In this document: in pieces, positions 19,770-30,496 of the stretch
How positions within the stretch are numbered: position 1 is the first letter of the stretch
Layout of the letters: every line of letters starts with the position of its first letter
NCBI GenBank assembly: GCA_963668315.1
Contig: OY764216.1
Location: forward strand, 1,856,001 to 1,920,000
Direction: 5' to 3'
Source: Spirochaetia bacterium
Lineage (GTDB): Bacteria; Spirochaetota; Spirochaetia; DSM-2461
DNA length: 64,000 nucleotides
Made by a program: the position numbers and the translations under genes
The notes under the pieces: generated by a model
Database searches by the model: none
Told to the model about the DNA's origin: nothing
The model's input: the letters and a program-made list of their open reading frames with translations, nothing else

Positions 19770-21191
19770 GTGAACAGGGTAGAGGACTGCGGCGGCCAGG
19801 AAAGATTCAGGATATGTTTTATCAGCGGAAAACTGGGAGATGTGGACGGCGTTTCCCTTGAAGTGGATAAGTGGATAACCGTCCTGCAGGAAGCGGGGCA
19901 TGAAATCTACACCATCGCCGGTCGTTATGCCAAGCCCGTTCAGAATGTGTCTGTTAAGAATCAGTTTGTCCTTCCGGAGATAGATTTTTCCTCCAAAGAG
20001 CAGAAAAGCTATGAAACTCAGCTTTTTCCCTTTCTAAGCAAGAGGCCCCCCCTGATCATGGAGGAGGAGCTGGAGGCGGTACGGAATAGACTGATGGCCC
20101 ACGGCAGGGATGTGGCCAATCAGATGTACGAGATCATCCAGAGCCACGATATCGATGTGCTGGTGGGGCAGAATACCAACGCCATGCCCATGACCCTGCT
20201 GGGGGGGATCGCCGTTTACCTGCTGGCCACGAAAATGCGTGTCGCCACCGTGTTTCACCACCATGATTTCTGGTGGGAGAGAAGCCGCTTCAGCAATAAC
20301 AACATAGAGGATCTTCTGAATAAGATCATGCCGCCCGCCGATCTGGGAACGGAGCATGTGGTCATCTCTTCCTATGCCGCCCATATTCTGGAATCCATCA
20401 AGCGGGTTAAGCCCTTTATCATTAATAATTGTGAGGATTTTGATAATCCCCCGGTGAGGGATGACTACAACAGCGACTTCAGGGAGCAGCTGGGATATGA
20501 CAGGGATGATATTCTGATTATCCAGCCCACCCGTATCGTCCCCCGCAAGAGGATCGAGGATTCGGTCAGGCTGGTGGGAAAGTTTCAGCGGGCCCATCCC
20601 GAACTGGCACCCCGGGTCAAGTTCATCATCTCCCTTTACCAGGGAGATGAAAGGGACTCCAGCTATATCGAGTCCATTATGGGCCTGGCCAAGAGGATGG
20701 ACGTACAGCTGGACCTCATATCCCACCGTGTCGCCGCGGTGAGAGGGACCGACGAAGAGGGACGTAAGCTTTATACCAACAGGGATGTTCTTGTCAATGC
20801 CGATATCGTGACCTATCTTCCCGTTTGGGAAGGATTCGGCAATGCCCTGCTGGAAGCCGTTGCCGCCAGGGTTCCCGTTATGACGACCACCTATCTGGTC
20901 TATAAAACGGACATTATGGGCGTGGGGCTCAAGACCATAGAAGTCCGGGACGATTACGACAAATACGGCCGCCTTATCATCACCGAGGATATACTGGAGA
21001 AAATGTACCGGGCCCTCACCGACGGGGATTACCGAAAGGATATGGTCGAGACCAGTTTTGATGTGGCCGGTAAGCATTTCGGATACGCAAAACTGCGTGA
21101 AAAACTCGCCGATGTGATGGAAAGCTATGCCGATGAGATACGGGCGTCCCGGAAGAGGCTGCACAAGAGCAAGAAAGATTTCTATGTATAG
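19770..21191 (+). CDS. Glycosyltransferase family 4, mannosylglucosylglycerate synthase (MggS)-like
   Basis: DGVSLE..KW, HHHDFWWER, QPTRIVPRKRIE, EGFGNALLEA; GTG start after GGAGG. Confidence 0.8.
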   Translation: MNRVEDCGGQERFRICFISGKLGDVDGVSLEVDKWITVLQEAGHEIYTIAGRYAKPVQNVSVKNQFVLPEIDFSSKEQKSYETQLFPFLSKRPPLIMEEELEAVRNRLMAHGRDVANQMYEIIQSHDIDVLVGQNTNAMPMTLLGGIAVYLLATKMRVATVFHHHDFWWERSRFSNNNIEDLLNKIMPPADLGTEHVVISSYAAHILESIKRVKPFIINNCEDFDNPPVRDDYNSDFREQLGYDRDDILIIQPTRIVPRKRIEDSVRLVGKFQRAHPELAPRVKFIISLYQGDERDSSYIESIMGLAKRMDVQLDLISHRVAAVRGTDEEGRKLYTNRDVLVNADIVTYLPVWEGFGNALLEAVAARVPVMTTTYLVYKTDIMGVGLKTIEVRDDYDKYGRLIITEDILEKMYRALTDGDYRKDMVETSFDVAGKHFGYAKLREKLADVMESYADEIRASRKRLHKSKKDFYV

Positions 21192-21198
21192 GGGTGAA

Positions 21199-21227
21199 TT
21201 TAAACAGGAATTTTAACTTGATTTAAC
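21199..21227 (+). promoter_or_regulatory. Tandem TTTAAC direct repeats, candidate OmpR/PhoB-type binding site
   Basis: TTTAAC at 21212 and 21222 (10-bp period) plus TTTAAAC at 21199, upstream of the HK-RR pair. Confidence 0.5.
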
Positions 21228-21275
21228 ATTGCCTTTATTGTCAACCAGGCGGCCGTCTTACATAATACGGGTATT

Positions 21276-22925
21276 ATGTTTCAGAAAATAATGGTTGCAA
21301 CGGCCATTACCTGCGTTTTGCTGATCAGTATTCTCTTCCTCTTCATTTTCATGGGCATGCATGAAGCCATGGCAACAGAGCATGAGAGGATTGAACGGTA
21401 TGTTTTCTCCACGACCGGAAACGCCGTTCATGTCATACGTAACGAGATACTGTTTTTATTTGAGAACTATTCCGAAGAGATGAGGGAGATGGACTTTTCC
21501 GATTGGGACGGCGATGTGAAATCCCTGCCCCTCAAGGAGGTTCATCAGCTTGTCGATTTTCCCCGTATCATTGTTGATACCTACTTCGTCCGCCCCGGTG
21601 AGATACGGAAACCGTCCGAAGAATATGCAGAGATGATGCCCTTCTATCTGGAATTTCTCAAAAATATGACGTCCGATTCGGGCAAAAAGAATATTTCCCT
21701 TATAAATATCTATAATCTTCAGGGGTTTATGGCCTTTCCTGTCAAACAGGGATCAGACGGCGGGTTAATGGGTTATCTGGTTGTCATTCTGGATATCCGT
21801 CATGTGGTTGAGGAATATCTTCCCGCCCGGCTCAGGGCGGAGCTGGATACGTCCGAGAAAGGCGGCAGGCGGGATACGAAGCAGGAGTACTTCGTGTTTC
21901 TGAAAGAAGGGGAAAAACTGAGGCCTGATAAAACTCCCTTTCTTATCGACCTGAATCGGGATTTCAACCTTTTTAATCTGCAGGACTATTATTATACCAG
22001 ACCGGATGCTTTTTTCTCTCTTATGAAGAATCATACCATCACCGATAACCACACCTATCTGGTCGTGTATCACAGGGAGGCGGAGCCGGGAGCCTTTCTG
22101 AAAAAGAAAATCCGTAATTATCTTCTGCTCTCTGTCCTTTATCTTTTTCTGGTAGGAGTCCTGCTTTTGTTCCTCTATTCCGTGTACAGGATAAAACGGG
22201 AATTCCACCGGGAGCAGCAGTTCACCTCTCTGATCTCCCATGAGCTGAAGACCCCTTTGAGCGTCATCCAGCTGGCTTCCGACAGCCTGGCGGGGGGATT
22301 CGTTACAGAGAAGGAGAATGTGGCCGAATACGGAGACATGATTAAGAATGAGACCGGCAGGCTGGGACGGATGATTGAGAATATTCTTCTTATTTCGACC
22401 CTCTCATGGTCGGGCGCAAAAATGGAATCCCTCTCTGTGGAGACTCTTCTGGAGGAGATAAAGGGAGCTCATCAGGCACTTATGCGCAAGTTCGCCATTC
22501 ATTGGATCGAGGAAAATCACCTGGGCAGCAGATACTTCTCCACCAATGCCTCCCTTCTTAAGGCGGCTCTTCAGAACCTTGTCCATAACGGCATAATATA
22601 CGGAGCGGACCGGTCGGATGACAAAACTCTTATTTTTAGGGTTGAGCTTCAGAGGAGAAGGAGGGAAGGCATTCTGTTTTCCGTCATAGACCACGGTCCG
22701 GGAATCAGCAGGAATGAGGCACAGAAAATCTTTGACAGTTATTACAGAGGACAGGATATCCGCGAGAATCAGCTTCCCGGAAGCGGCATGGGCCTGGCAT
22801 TGTCACGCAAGATAGCCGAAGGCCTGGGAGGCACGCTCACCCTGAACCGTTCTGTTAAAGGGGAAACCGCTTTTGAGCTGTGGATACCTCTGAGGAAATA
22901 TGATGAAAAAAATACTGATGATTGA
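21276..22925 (+). CDS. Membrane sensor histidine kinase
   Basis: Two TM helices, SHELKTPL, NLVHNG, DHGPGI, GSGMGL. Confidence 0.93.
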   Translation: MFQKIMVATAITCVLLISILFLFIFMGMHEAMATEHERIERYVFSTTGNAVHVIRNEILFLFENYSEEMREMDFSDWDGDVKSLPLKEVHQLVDFPRIIVDTYFVRPGEIRKPSEEYAEMMPFYLEFLKNMTSDSGKKNISLINIYNLQGFMAFPVKQGSDGGLMGYLVVILDIRHVVEEYLPARLRAELDTSEKGGRRDTKQEYFVFLKEGEKLRPDKTPFLIDLNRDFNLFNLQDYYYTRPDAFFSLMKNHTITDNHTYLVVYHREAEPGAFLKKKIRNYLLLSVLYLFLVGVLLLFLYSVYRIKREFHREQQFTSLISHELKTPLSVIQLASDSLAGGFVTEKENVAEYGDMIKNETGRLGRMIENILLISTLSWSGAKMESLSVETLLEEIKGAHQALMRKFAIHWIEENHLGSRYFSTNASLLKAALQNLVHNGIIYGADRSDDKTLIFRVELQRRRREGILFSVIDHGPGISRNEAQKIFDSYYRGQDIRENQLPGSGMGLALSRKIAEGLGGTLTLNRSVKGETAFELWIPLRKYDEKNTDD

Positions 22926-23625
22926 AGACGATAACGGCCTGGCCAGGATCGTGGGTGACAGACTGAAGGCCGAGGGTTATGAATTCCATAGGGCCTCCGA
23001 CGGTCTTGAGGGAAGAAATATGGCTCTCGGCGAAGAGTACGATGTCCTTCTGGTCGATCTGATGCTCCCCGGATGCAGCGGTTTTGATATCATAAGGGAG
23101 ATAAGGAACCGGGGAGTTCTGACACCAGTCATTATTCTGAGCGCTAAATTTCAAATGACCGACAAGGTGTCCGGATTGAGGCTGGGCGCCGATGACTATC
23201 TGGTCAAGCCCTTTGAGTTTGACGAGCTTCTTGCCCGCGTGGAGGCCCAGCTGAGAAGGTCGGATTATAACTCCTTGGGAACGGGTGAAAGCGGGGACGA
23301 CTGGCTGGACCTTTCCCGGGAGGACTTTGATTTCGGGAACTTTACCCTGAGTTTTAAGAATTGTGAACTGCATCGGCAGGGAGAGCTTATCCCCCTTTCT
23401 CATATCGAGTTCAAACTGATTTCCTACCTTATTCTTCATCAGGACAGAGTGGTGCCTAACGAGGAGTTGCTGGAGCAGGTATGGCGGTACGATGAGACCG
23501 TATCCACAAGAACTCTCTATGTTCATATCGCCTGGCTCAGAAAAAAGCTTCAGGAGGAACAGGATCAGAAGGACTTTATCCGGACCGTGAGAGGCGTGGG
23601 ATATCGTTTTTCCCGGGCGGCATAA
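22900..23625 (+). CDS. OmpR-family response regulator
   Basis: IEDD, DLMLP, GADDYLVKPF, winged helix ending IRTVRGVGY. Confidence 0.95.
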   Translation: MMKKILMIEDDNGLARIVGDRLKAEGYEFHRASDGLEGRNMALGEEYDVLLVDLMLPGCSGFDIIREIRNRGVLTPVIILSAKFQMTDKVSGLRLGADDYLVKPFEFDELLARVEAQLRRSDYNSLGTGESGDDWLDLSREDFDFGNFTLSFKNCELHRQGELIPLSHIEFKLISYLILHQDRVVPNEELLEQVWRYDETVSTRTLYVHIAWLRKKLQEEQDQKDFIRTVRGVGYRFSRAA

Positions 23626-23692
23626 AAAAAACGTCAGATTTTTCTTCCATTTTTTCCATTGATGACTTATCTTGTAGTAAAGGAGTTGTGTA

Positions 23693-24061
23693 ATGGATAT
23701 CTTTAAATGTGAATTATGCGGTAATATCGTAGAGATGGTTCATGTCGGCGGCGGAACACTTGTGTGCTGCGGACAGAATATGGTCAAACTGGAAGCGAAA
23801 ACCGCTGACAGTGCTACGGAAAAACACGTTCCTCTTATTGCTAAAGAGGCAGACGGTTACCGCGTAACCGTAGGCAGTACTCTTCATCCCATGACGGATG
23901 AGCACTGGATTCAGTGGATTGAGTTAAGTGTTGACGGAATGATTATGAGGCAGAAACTGAATCCCGGAGACAAGCCGGAAGCTTTCTTCTGTGTTGAAGC
24001 AGGGAAGGATGTTTCCGCCCGTGAATATTGTAATCTCCACGGATTGTGGAAAGGAGAGTGA
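23693..24061 (+). CDS. Desulfoferrodoxin (2Fe superoxide reductase)
   Basis: CELCGN...[22 protein letters not shown]. Confidence 0.96.
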   Translation: MDIFKCELCGNIVEMVHVGGGTLVCCGQNMVKLEAKTADSATEKHVPLIAKEADGYRVTVGSTLHPMTDEHWIQWIELSVDGMIMRQKLNPGDKPEAFFCVEAGKDVSAREYCNLHGLWKGE

Positions 24062-24064
24062 TTT

Positions 24065-24226
24065 ATGAAGAAATACGTTTGCAGTGCATGCGGATACATT
24101 TATGATCCGGAAGACGGCGATCCTGAAAACGGTGTAGATCCCGGTACGGCTTGGGAAGATGTTCCTGAAGACTGGGTTTGTCCCGTTTGCGGAGTAGGAA
24201 AAGATCAGTTCGAGCTGGAAGATTAA
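24065..24226 (+). CDS. Rubredoxin
   Basis: Not in ORF track (53 aa): [20 protein letters not shown]...[17 protein letters not shown]. Confidence 0.97.
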   Translation: MKKYVCSACGYIYDPEDGDPENGVDPGTAWEDVPEDWVCPVCGVGKDQFELED

Positions 24227-24243
24227 GCTCGTTTATTCCATAG

Positions 24244-24282
24244 GAAGCGGCCGTTTCTTCGAGGAGGGACGGCCGTTTCTTT
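24244..24282. terminator. Probable bidirectional terminator between rubredoxin and the prsW-like gene
   Basis: GAAGCGGCCGTTTC...GGGACGGCCGTTTC hairpin between convergent genes. Confidence 0.7.
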
Positions 24283-24955
24283 ATGACAGCCCCAGGCGCC
24301 TGTCCTCGGCGAGGGCTTTTTTCATCAGTTTGAACAGAAGGGGATAGAGAATCACCAGAAGGGGTAGGATAAGCAGATCGGGAAGGACCGGAGAGAATAC
24401 GATAAAATCATAGAATCCGTGGATCAGGACGGCTATGAGGAGTCCCCGGCCGAAATAGTTTTTGTTTCCGAAATAGCTGAGTCCTATATAGTACCCCATG
24501 AACCCCGAGGAAAGGGCATGGAGGGGGACGGAGGTGATACCCCTCAGCAGGAGGATGCCCACCATGCCGGAAGAGCCCATCCCGTACATCATATTTTCGT
24601 AGAAGGCGAAACCGAGTCCTGCCGTTACCGCATAGACAATCCCGTCGGTTATCTCATCGAAACCGGCTCTCCTGGCGGAATATCCTCTGACCACCCACAT
24701 TTTTACCGCTTCCTCGCACAGGCCGGCCACGATAAAAGCCCGGAAGAAGTTGAACCACAGGGGAGGGATCAGGTAGCTTCCCAGGGATAGAACAGATTCC
24801 ATGATGACCGCCGGGAGGATCGAGAGCACCCCCAGGAAAAATGTCCGGGCGATCAGGCCGGCCGGCTCTTCCTTGTTGCTGTCCCTCTTCAGAAAGACCC
24901 GCAGCAGGAACAGGGCCGGCAGAAAAGAGAGCCCCGCCAGAATCAGATAGTACAA
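24281..24955 (-). CDS. PrsW family intramembrane glutamic protease
   Basis: EEAVK, DGIVY, GFAFYEN, PLH, HGFYD. Confidence 0.9.
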   Translation of the reverse strand: MYYLILAGLSFLPALFLLRVFLKRDSNKEEPAGLIARTFFLGVLSILPAVIMESVLSLGSYLIPPLWFNFFRAFIVAGLCEEAVKMWVVRGYSARRAGFDEITDGIVYAVTAGLGFAFYENMMYGMGSSGMVGILLLRGITSVPLHALSSGFMGYYIGLSYFGNKNYFGRGLLIAVLIHGFYDFIVFSPVLPDLLILPLLVILYPLLFKLMKKALAEDRRLGLS

Positions 24956-26031
24956 AGCCCTTCTCCGGTCAGCTCATCGAGTATCTCAATGAATCTTCTG
25001 TTGTTCTCCTCCGTCCCAATGGTATAGCGGATGGAGAAGGGAAGGCCGAAGGAGGCGAGATTCCTGATGACAATGCCCCGGGCCGCATACTCGGTAAACA
25101 GGACGGATGCCTCCGTTCTGAAGGTAAGACAGAGAAAATTGCTCTGGGTGGGATAGTAATTGACGCCCCTTTTATCCAGTTCCTCGTAGAGATATCTTTT
25201 TCCCGCAAAGGTCATGGCCCGGGATTTCTCATAAAACTCCGAATCGTCCAGTGCGGCTTTGGCCGCTTCCTGCGCGGGGGTATTCACGTTGAAGGCGTGT
25301 TTGGCCCGGTAAAGGGCATCTATCAGTTCCGTATTTCCCATGGCGTATCCCACTCTCAGGGCGGCGAGGCCGTAAATCTTTGAGTAGGTCCGGGCGATCA
25401 GAAGGTTGGGCCATTTCTTAAGAAGGGGAGGGGAATCGGGATAATCGGGAGCTTCGGACCGGTCCACGTAGTCGTAGTAGGCTTCGTCGAGGAATATGAC
25501 CACATTTTCGGGAACCCTTTCCATAAAGGCGGTCAGATCCTTCTCTCCGAAGTAGCAGCCGGTGGGATTATTGGGGTTGCAGAGAAAGATTATCTTTGTC
25601 TTTTCGCTGATTTCACCGGCCAGGGCTTCCAGGTCGAAAACCCCCTCCTTAAGGGGGACTCGGCGGCAAACGCCGCCGAAGGACTTAACGGAAAAATTGT
25701 ATTCGGAAAAGGTATTCTCCGACGTGAGCCCTTCGTCTCCCGTGTTCAGGAGGGCGCCCGAGGCGAACATCATCAGTTCGTCCGAACCGTTGCCCACGAT
25801 GATGTTTTCCGGGTTCAGTCCGTTGTGCCGGGCGATCTTCTCCCGCAGTTCCGTACACATTCCGTCGGGGTAGCGATGAACCGAAGTAAGAGAGGCGGCT
25901 GCCGCGGCAATAGCGGCGGGGGAAGGGCCCAGCGGATTTTCGTTGGACGATAATTTAACGGCGTTGGGAAGCTTTTTTCCCGCCGCATAGGGGGGGAGGT
26001 CGGCCAGACTCTTTTTAATAAATCGATTCAT
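24943..26031 (-). CDS. hisC: Histidinol-phosphate aminotransferase
   Basis: LSSNENP, GNGSDE, CNPNNPTG, DEAY, RTYSKIYGLAALRVGY. Confidence 0.93.
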   Translation of the reverse strand: MNRFIKKSLADLPPYAAGKKLPNAVKLSSNENPLGPSPAAIAAAAASLTSVHRYPDGMCTELREKIARHNGLNPENIIVGNGSDELMMFASGALLNTGDEGLTSENTFSEYNFSVKSFGGVCRRVPLKEGVFDLEALAGEISEKTKIIFLCNPNNPTGCYFGEKDLTAFMERVPENVVIFLDEAYYDYVDRSEAPDYPDSPPLLKKWPNLLIARTYSKIYGLAALRVGYAMGNTELIDALYRAKHAFNVNTPAQEAAKAALDDSEFYEKSRAMTFAGKRYLYEELDKRGVNYYPTQSNFLCLTFRTEASVLFTEYAARGIVIRNLASFGLPFSIRYTIGTEENNRRFIEILDELTGEGLCTI

Positions 26032-26175
26032 GGGCCCATCTTATCAGTTCCCCCTTTTTTTTTCAACTTTTTCTTGACCCTTATGCAGCATCCGTACGAG
26101 CCGCAGAATCTATCCGCCTGAGCGATGAGGCTTGCATGGAAGCCAAGCTTAATGGAAGAAACCGCGTGGAAGAGG

Positions 26176-27675
26176 CTAGATAAAGCGGGATATTTTATGA
26201 AAGAATTCCTCCGGGGCGAAGGGTTTGCTGATATAGCCGTTGAAGCCCGCCCTTTCGATGGTTTCCTGATCCTCCCCGGAGGCCATGGCCGTTAAGGCGA
26301 TTACCGGCACGGGCTCTCTGTTGCTGGCCCCTTCGTGCTCGCGGATCATATTGAACGCCTGGAACCCGTCCACTTCGGGCATATGAATATCCATCAGGAT
26401 CAGATCCGGCTTATCCGCTATGAAGGAGTCAAAGGCTTCCTGTCCGTTTTCCGCTTCCAGAACGCGGCAGGATGTTTTATCCAGAAGTCGGCAGGCCAGC
26501 AGGCGGTTGACCCGGTTATCCTCGGCAATGAGGATGGATTTGTCTTTGAAGAGGTTTTTCTCCTCCCCGTCCAAATCGCTTTTTCTGTCGTCCCTGTCCG
26601 CATCGTTCTCCGAACCGGTCAGTCTCAGGTCCAGATCAAAGAAAAACCGGGACCCGCTTCCCACGTAGCTTTCGACCTGGAGAGTGCCTCCCATCATCTT
26701 GGCCAGGGAGGAGCTGATGGCCAGCCCCAGGCCCGTGCCGCCGTATTTCCTGGTGGTGGAAGGATCGGCCTGGCTGAATGCCTTGAATAGCTCTTCCTGC
26801 TTGTCCCGGGGAATCCCGATGCCCGTATCACTGACCGAAGCTTTCAGTTCATATCGCTTGCCCGGTTTCACTTCGCCCGTCACTTCCAGCTTGATGGAGC
26901 CCCTGGCCGTGAATTTCATGGCATTCCCTATGATATTGAGGAGCATCTGCTTTATCCGGAGGGGGTCTCCCTGAAGCATTTTCGGAAGATTTTCTGTCAC
27001 GACATCGAATTTCAAGCCCTTCATCTCTATCTGGGGGCGGAAAAACAGGGTCACTTCATCCACCAGCTTTGAGGGGGAGAAGGGTATCTCTTCAAGGCCC
27101 ATCTTGCCGGAGGAAAGTTTGGAAAAGTCCAGAATATCGTTGATGATATGGAGGAGGGAGTCGGCGGACATCCGGATGATATTGAGATACTCTTTCTGCT
27201 CGTGCGTCAGATCGGTCTGGAGGGCCAGTTCCGTCATTCCGATTATTCCGTTCATGGGGGTCCGGATCTCGTGGGACACGTTGGCAAGAAAGGAGGATTT
27301 CTGCTCCAGGTCTTCCCGGCTCTGCTCCTTCTCTTTCTTTTCCCGGAAGAAACTGTCCACCGTAACCGAGCCTGCTTCTTCCAGATGGTAAATCTGGTAT
27401 TTGTTCCGTCCCGACTGTATCTGACTGAGCCGGATGTACTTAACCGGTTTTCCGTCGGTGCATGTCCAGAAGCCTTCGTCTTCGGAGGAATCCTGTTCCT
27501 GAAAAAAACGGTCCACCGATTCTCCGAGAAGCTTCTTCCTTGTCGCTCCCAGTATGAGGGCGCTGCTCTCCGTCGCTTCCATTATCTCCCCGGTTCCACT
27601 GGCGATTATGACCGGTTTTTCTTCGAGATCAAATAGCTGTCTGTATATTTCAAGGGGAAGCTGTTTTCGGTACAT
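26176..27675 (-). CDS. Cytoplasmic hybrid histidine kinase / receiver protein
   Basis: [29 protein letters not shown]-terminal AEDN...MDIHMP...KP; no TM segment. Confidence 0.93.
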   Translation of the reverse strand: MYRKQLPLEIYRQLFDLEEKPVIIASGTGEIMEATESSALILGATRKKLLGESVDRFFQEQDSSEDEGFWTCTDGKPVKYIRLSQIQSGRNKYQIYHLEEAGSVTVDSFFREKKEKEQSREDLEQKSSFLANVSHEIRTPMNGIIGMTELALQTDLTHEQKEYLNIIRMSADSLLHIINDILDFSKLSSGKMGLEEIPFSPSKLVDEVTLFFRPQIEMKGLKFDVVTENLPKMLQGDPLRIKQMLLNIIGNAMKFTARGSIKLEVTGEVKPGKRYELKASVSDTGIGIPRDKQEELFKAFSQADPSTTRKYGGTGLGLAISSSLAKMMGGTLQVESYVGSGSRFFFDLDLRLTGSENDADRDDRKSDLDGEEKNLFKDKSILIAEDNRVNRLLACRLLDKTSCRVLEAENGQEAFDSFIADKPDLILMDIHMPEVDGFQAFNMIREHEGASNREPVPVIALTAMASGEDQETIERAGFNGYISKPFAPEEFFHKISRFI

Positions 27676-27855
27676 GTATTCCTCATATATGATAATAGTG
27701 GGTAAGGGGCAAAAAATCTATCCTTTTTATATACAATAATTTTATTACCTCCCCTAAAGGGGGAGATTTGGCCGGATAGGGGCCTCTCTTACGGTGCGGG
27801 GCTTGATTTTATTGATCATTTCTTTCTATTATAATTTTCTAACGAGGGTTATCAA

Positions 27856-29076
27856 GTGAGAGAAGATTTACTTAAAAAATATGAGGAATATAAGGCTCTG
27901 GGCTTATCATTGAATATGCAGAGAGGACAGCCGGGAGATGAGAACTTCGACCTGTCCAATCCCATTCTGTCCATTGCCACTCCGGAGGACATGTTTGTAT
28001 CGGGCGTTTCTCTGAGAAACTATCCCGGCGGTGTTTACGGAATAAAGGAAGCGCGGGAGCTTTTTGCCGAAATGCTTGGTGTTAAACCGGAGGAAGTTCT
28101 CTGCGGCAATAACTCAAGCCTGAAAATGCTCAGTAATCTGCTCATGTGGGCTCTTCTGAAGGGAGTCAAGGATTCCCCCGCGCCCTGGGCCGGGCAGAAG
28201 CCCAAAATGATTGTTACCGTTCCCGGGTATGACCGCCACTTCCTTCTGCTGGAAACCCTGGGCTTTGAACTTGTAACGGTTCCCATGGGGCCCGATGGTC
28301 CCGATATGGACAAAGTGGAGAGCCTGGCCGCTTCGGACAGCAGCATCAAGGGCATTACCTTTGTCCCCACCTACAGCAATCCCACGGGAGATTCCATTTC
28401 CCGGTCAACCGCCGAAAGGCTGGCTTCCATGGAGTGTGCCGCTCCTGACTTTACCATATTCGCCGACGACGCCTACGTCATTCACCATCTGGTGGACAAT
28501 CCGCCGGAGGTCCCCAACCTGCTGAGGGTCTGCGAAGAGAAGGGAAATCCCGACAGATGCTACATCTTCGGTTCCACCTCGAAAGTCACCTTCGCCGGTG
28601 CGGGCGTATCCGCCATGGCCGCCTCTGTGGAAAATCTCGCCTGGTTCAGCAATCTTCTGGGAACACAGTATATCGGCCCGAACAAGATAGAACTCTACCG
28701 CCACGTGAAGTTCATACGCCAGTACCCCGGAGGTCTGAAGGGTCTGATGAAAAAGCATGCCGAACTTCTGAAGCCGAAATTCGAGGCCGTCGACGAAGTA
28801 CTGAAGAGGGAACTGGGCGAAACCGATCTGGCCCGCTGGTCCATTCCCCACGGTGGATATTTCATCAGTCTGGACACGGCTAAGCCCGTGGCGGACAAAG
28901 TTGTCGCCCTGGCCGCCGAAGCGGGGGTGTCCCTGACGCCTGCCGGAGCAACATTCCCCGGGAAGAAAGACCCGAATAACTGCAATATCCGTCTGGCGCC
29001 GACAAGGCCCCCCCTGGAAGAGGTCAAGAAAGCTATGGAGATCGTGGCCCTCTGCATCAAGCTGGCATCGGAGTAG
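27856..29076 (+). CDS. PLP-dependent aminotransferase class I/II (Rv3722c-like aspartate aminotransferase type)
   Basis: LNMQRGQP, PGYDRHF, YSNPTG, DDAY, STSKVTFAG, IRLAPT. Confidence 0.85.
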   Translation: MREDLLKKYEEYKALGLSLNMQRGQPGDENFDLSNPILSIATPEDMFVSGVSLRNYPGGVYGIKEARELFAEMLGVKPEEVLCGNNSSLKMLSNLLMWALLKGVKDSPAPWAGQKPKMIVTVPGYDRHFLLLETLGFELVTVPMGPDGPDMDKVESLAASDSSIKGITFVPTYSNPTGDSISRSTAERLASMECAAPDFTIFADDAYVIHHLVDNPPEVPNLLRVCEEKGNPDRCYIFGSTSKVTFAGAGVSAMAASVENLAWFSNLLGTQYIGPNKIELYRHVKFIRQYPGGLKGLMKKHAELLKPKFEAVDEVLKRELGETDLARWSIPHGGYFISLDTAKPVADKVVALAAEAGVSLTPAGATFPGKKDPNNCNIRLAPTRPPLEEVKKAMEIVALCIKLASE

Positions 29077-29080
29077 TATT

Positions 29081-30493
29081 GTGTATATTGTTATTCTCGG
29101 AGCGGGACGGATTGGATATCAGCTGGCCCGCCAGCTGATTGACGAAGGGAAGAATGTTGCTCTCATCGACAGCGACAAGGATACGGCCCGGGATGTCCTG
29201 GCCCGTCTTGACTGTCTGGTTATAAATGATAACGGAACGAGTCTGGAAGCTTTGAAAAAAGCGGGTATCCAGAAAGCCGATGCCTTTGTCAGCGTGACTG
29301 ATTTTGATGAGATAAACATGATCGCCTGCGGTCTGGTTTCTTCGGAATTCGAAAAACCGGTGACCATCGCGCGGGTGAAAAATGTGGATTATTCCCGTAC
29401 GAAGCTTCTGACCTATCCCTTTCTGGGAATCGACTACATCATTAATCCCGAGATAGAAGCCGCCAAGGCTATTCTCAGGGCTGTGGAAAACGGTGCCCGC
29501 AGCGACGTCATGCTTTTTGACAATGAGACGTTTCAGATTCGTGACCTTGTCGTTACCGGCACCTCTCTTTTTCTTGACCGGCCTCTTCAGGAGATCCGGC
29601 AGAGTCTGGAGCATGAGTTTCTCGTCGCCGTCATACTGCGTGATGATTACTATATCATTCCCACCGGTACGACGACGTTCCAGGAGCACGATAAGATATA
29701 TATCCTTTCCACCAAGGAGGGGCTCGAGTATATCTTTGAGAAGGAGAACAGGAACTACAGGGAGTTTGACCAGATCGTGCTTGTGGGCGGCGGAACGGTC
29801 GGCACCTATGTCGCCGACGGCCTGATCGCCGAAGGTCAGGATGATACATCCCTTCTCGGCAAAGTAAAATCCGCCTTCTCATCCCGCACCAGCAGGAAAA
29901 AGGGCAAGCATCTTCATATCATCGACAAGGATTACGACAGGTGTAAAGTCCTCGCCGAGCGATACCCCAATGCCCTGGTCACCTGCGAAGATGTCACAGA
30001 CGAGGGCGTTCTGGAGCAGGCGAATCTGAGAAGCAATGACCTGATCGTCACCACGACGAACAGCCAGGAGCTTAACGTCATGACCGCCGTTTATGCCAAA
30101 GCCCTGGGGGTGGGGGGGACAATCTCCCTCGTTACCAGAAAGAATTACCGGCACATAGCCCACCGGCTGAATCTTGACGTTACCATCAGCCGCAATACAA
30201 CCATGGTCAATTCCATTCTCAAGATAATTCGCCACGGCAATATTCGAAATGTTCACGCCATATCGGAAGGGACTCTGGAAGTGATCGAGTTCTCCCTGGA
30301 TAAGGCATCCTCCGTCCTGGGGAAGCCTCTCAAGGATATCAAGCTTCCCAAGAACACCCTCGTCCTTTTTCTTACAAGGGGAGATCAAACGATTTTCGCC
30401 CATGGGGATATGGTCCTCAACCGGAATGATCACGTGGTCATCTTAACCGAAAGGGAGTCCATACAGCAGATTGAAAGGATGATTGTCGGTTAG
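29081..30493 (+). CDS. trkA: Trk potassium uptake regulatory subunit TrkA
   Basis: Two RCK_N/RCK_C repeats (GAGRIG, GGGTVG), IARV, INPE. Confidence 0.93.
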   Translation: MYIVILGAGRIGYQLARQLIDEGKNVALIDSDKDTARDVLARLDCLVINDNGTSLEALKKAGIQKADAFVSVTDFDEINMIACGLVSSEFEKPVTIARVKNVDYSRTKLLTYPFLGIDYIINPEIEAAKAILRAVENGARSDVMLFDNETFQIRDLVVTGTSLFLDRPLQEIRQSLEHEFLVAVILRDDYYIIPTGTTTFQEHDKIYILSTKEGLEYIFEKENRNYREFDQIVLVGGGTVGTYVADGLIAEGQDDTSLLGKVKSAFSSRTSRKKGKHLHIIDKDYDRCKVLAERYPNALVTCEDVTDEGVLEQANLRSNDLIVTTTNSQELNVMTAVYAKALGVGGTISLVTRKNYRHIAHRLNLDVTISRNTTMVNSILKIIRHGNIRNVHAISEGTLEVIEFSLDKASSVLGKPLKDIKLPKNTLVLFLTRGDQTIFAHGDMVLNRNDHVVILTERESIQQIERMIVG

Positions 30494-30496
30494 CCT

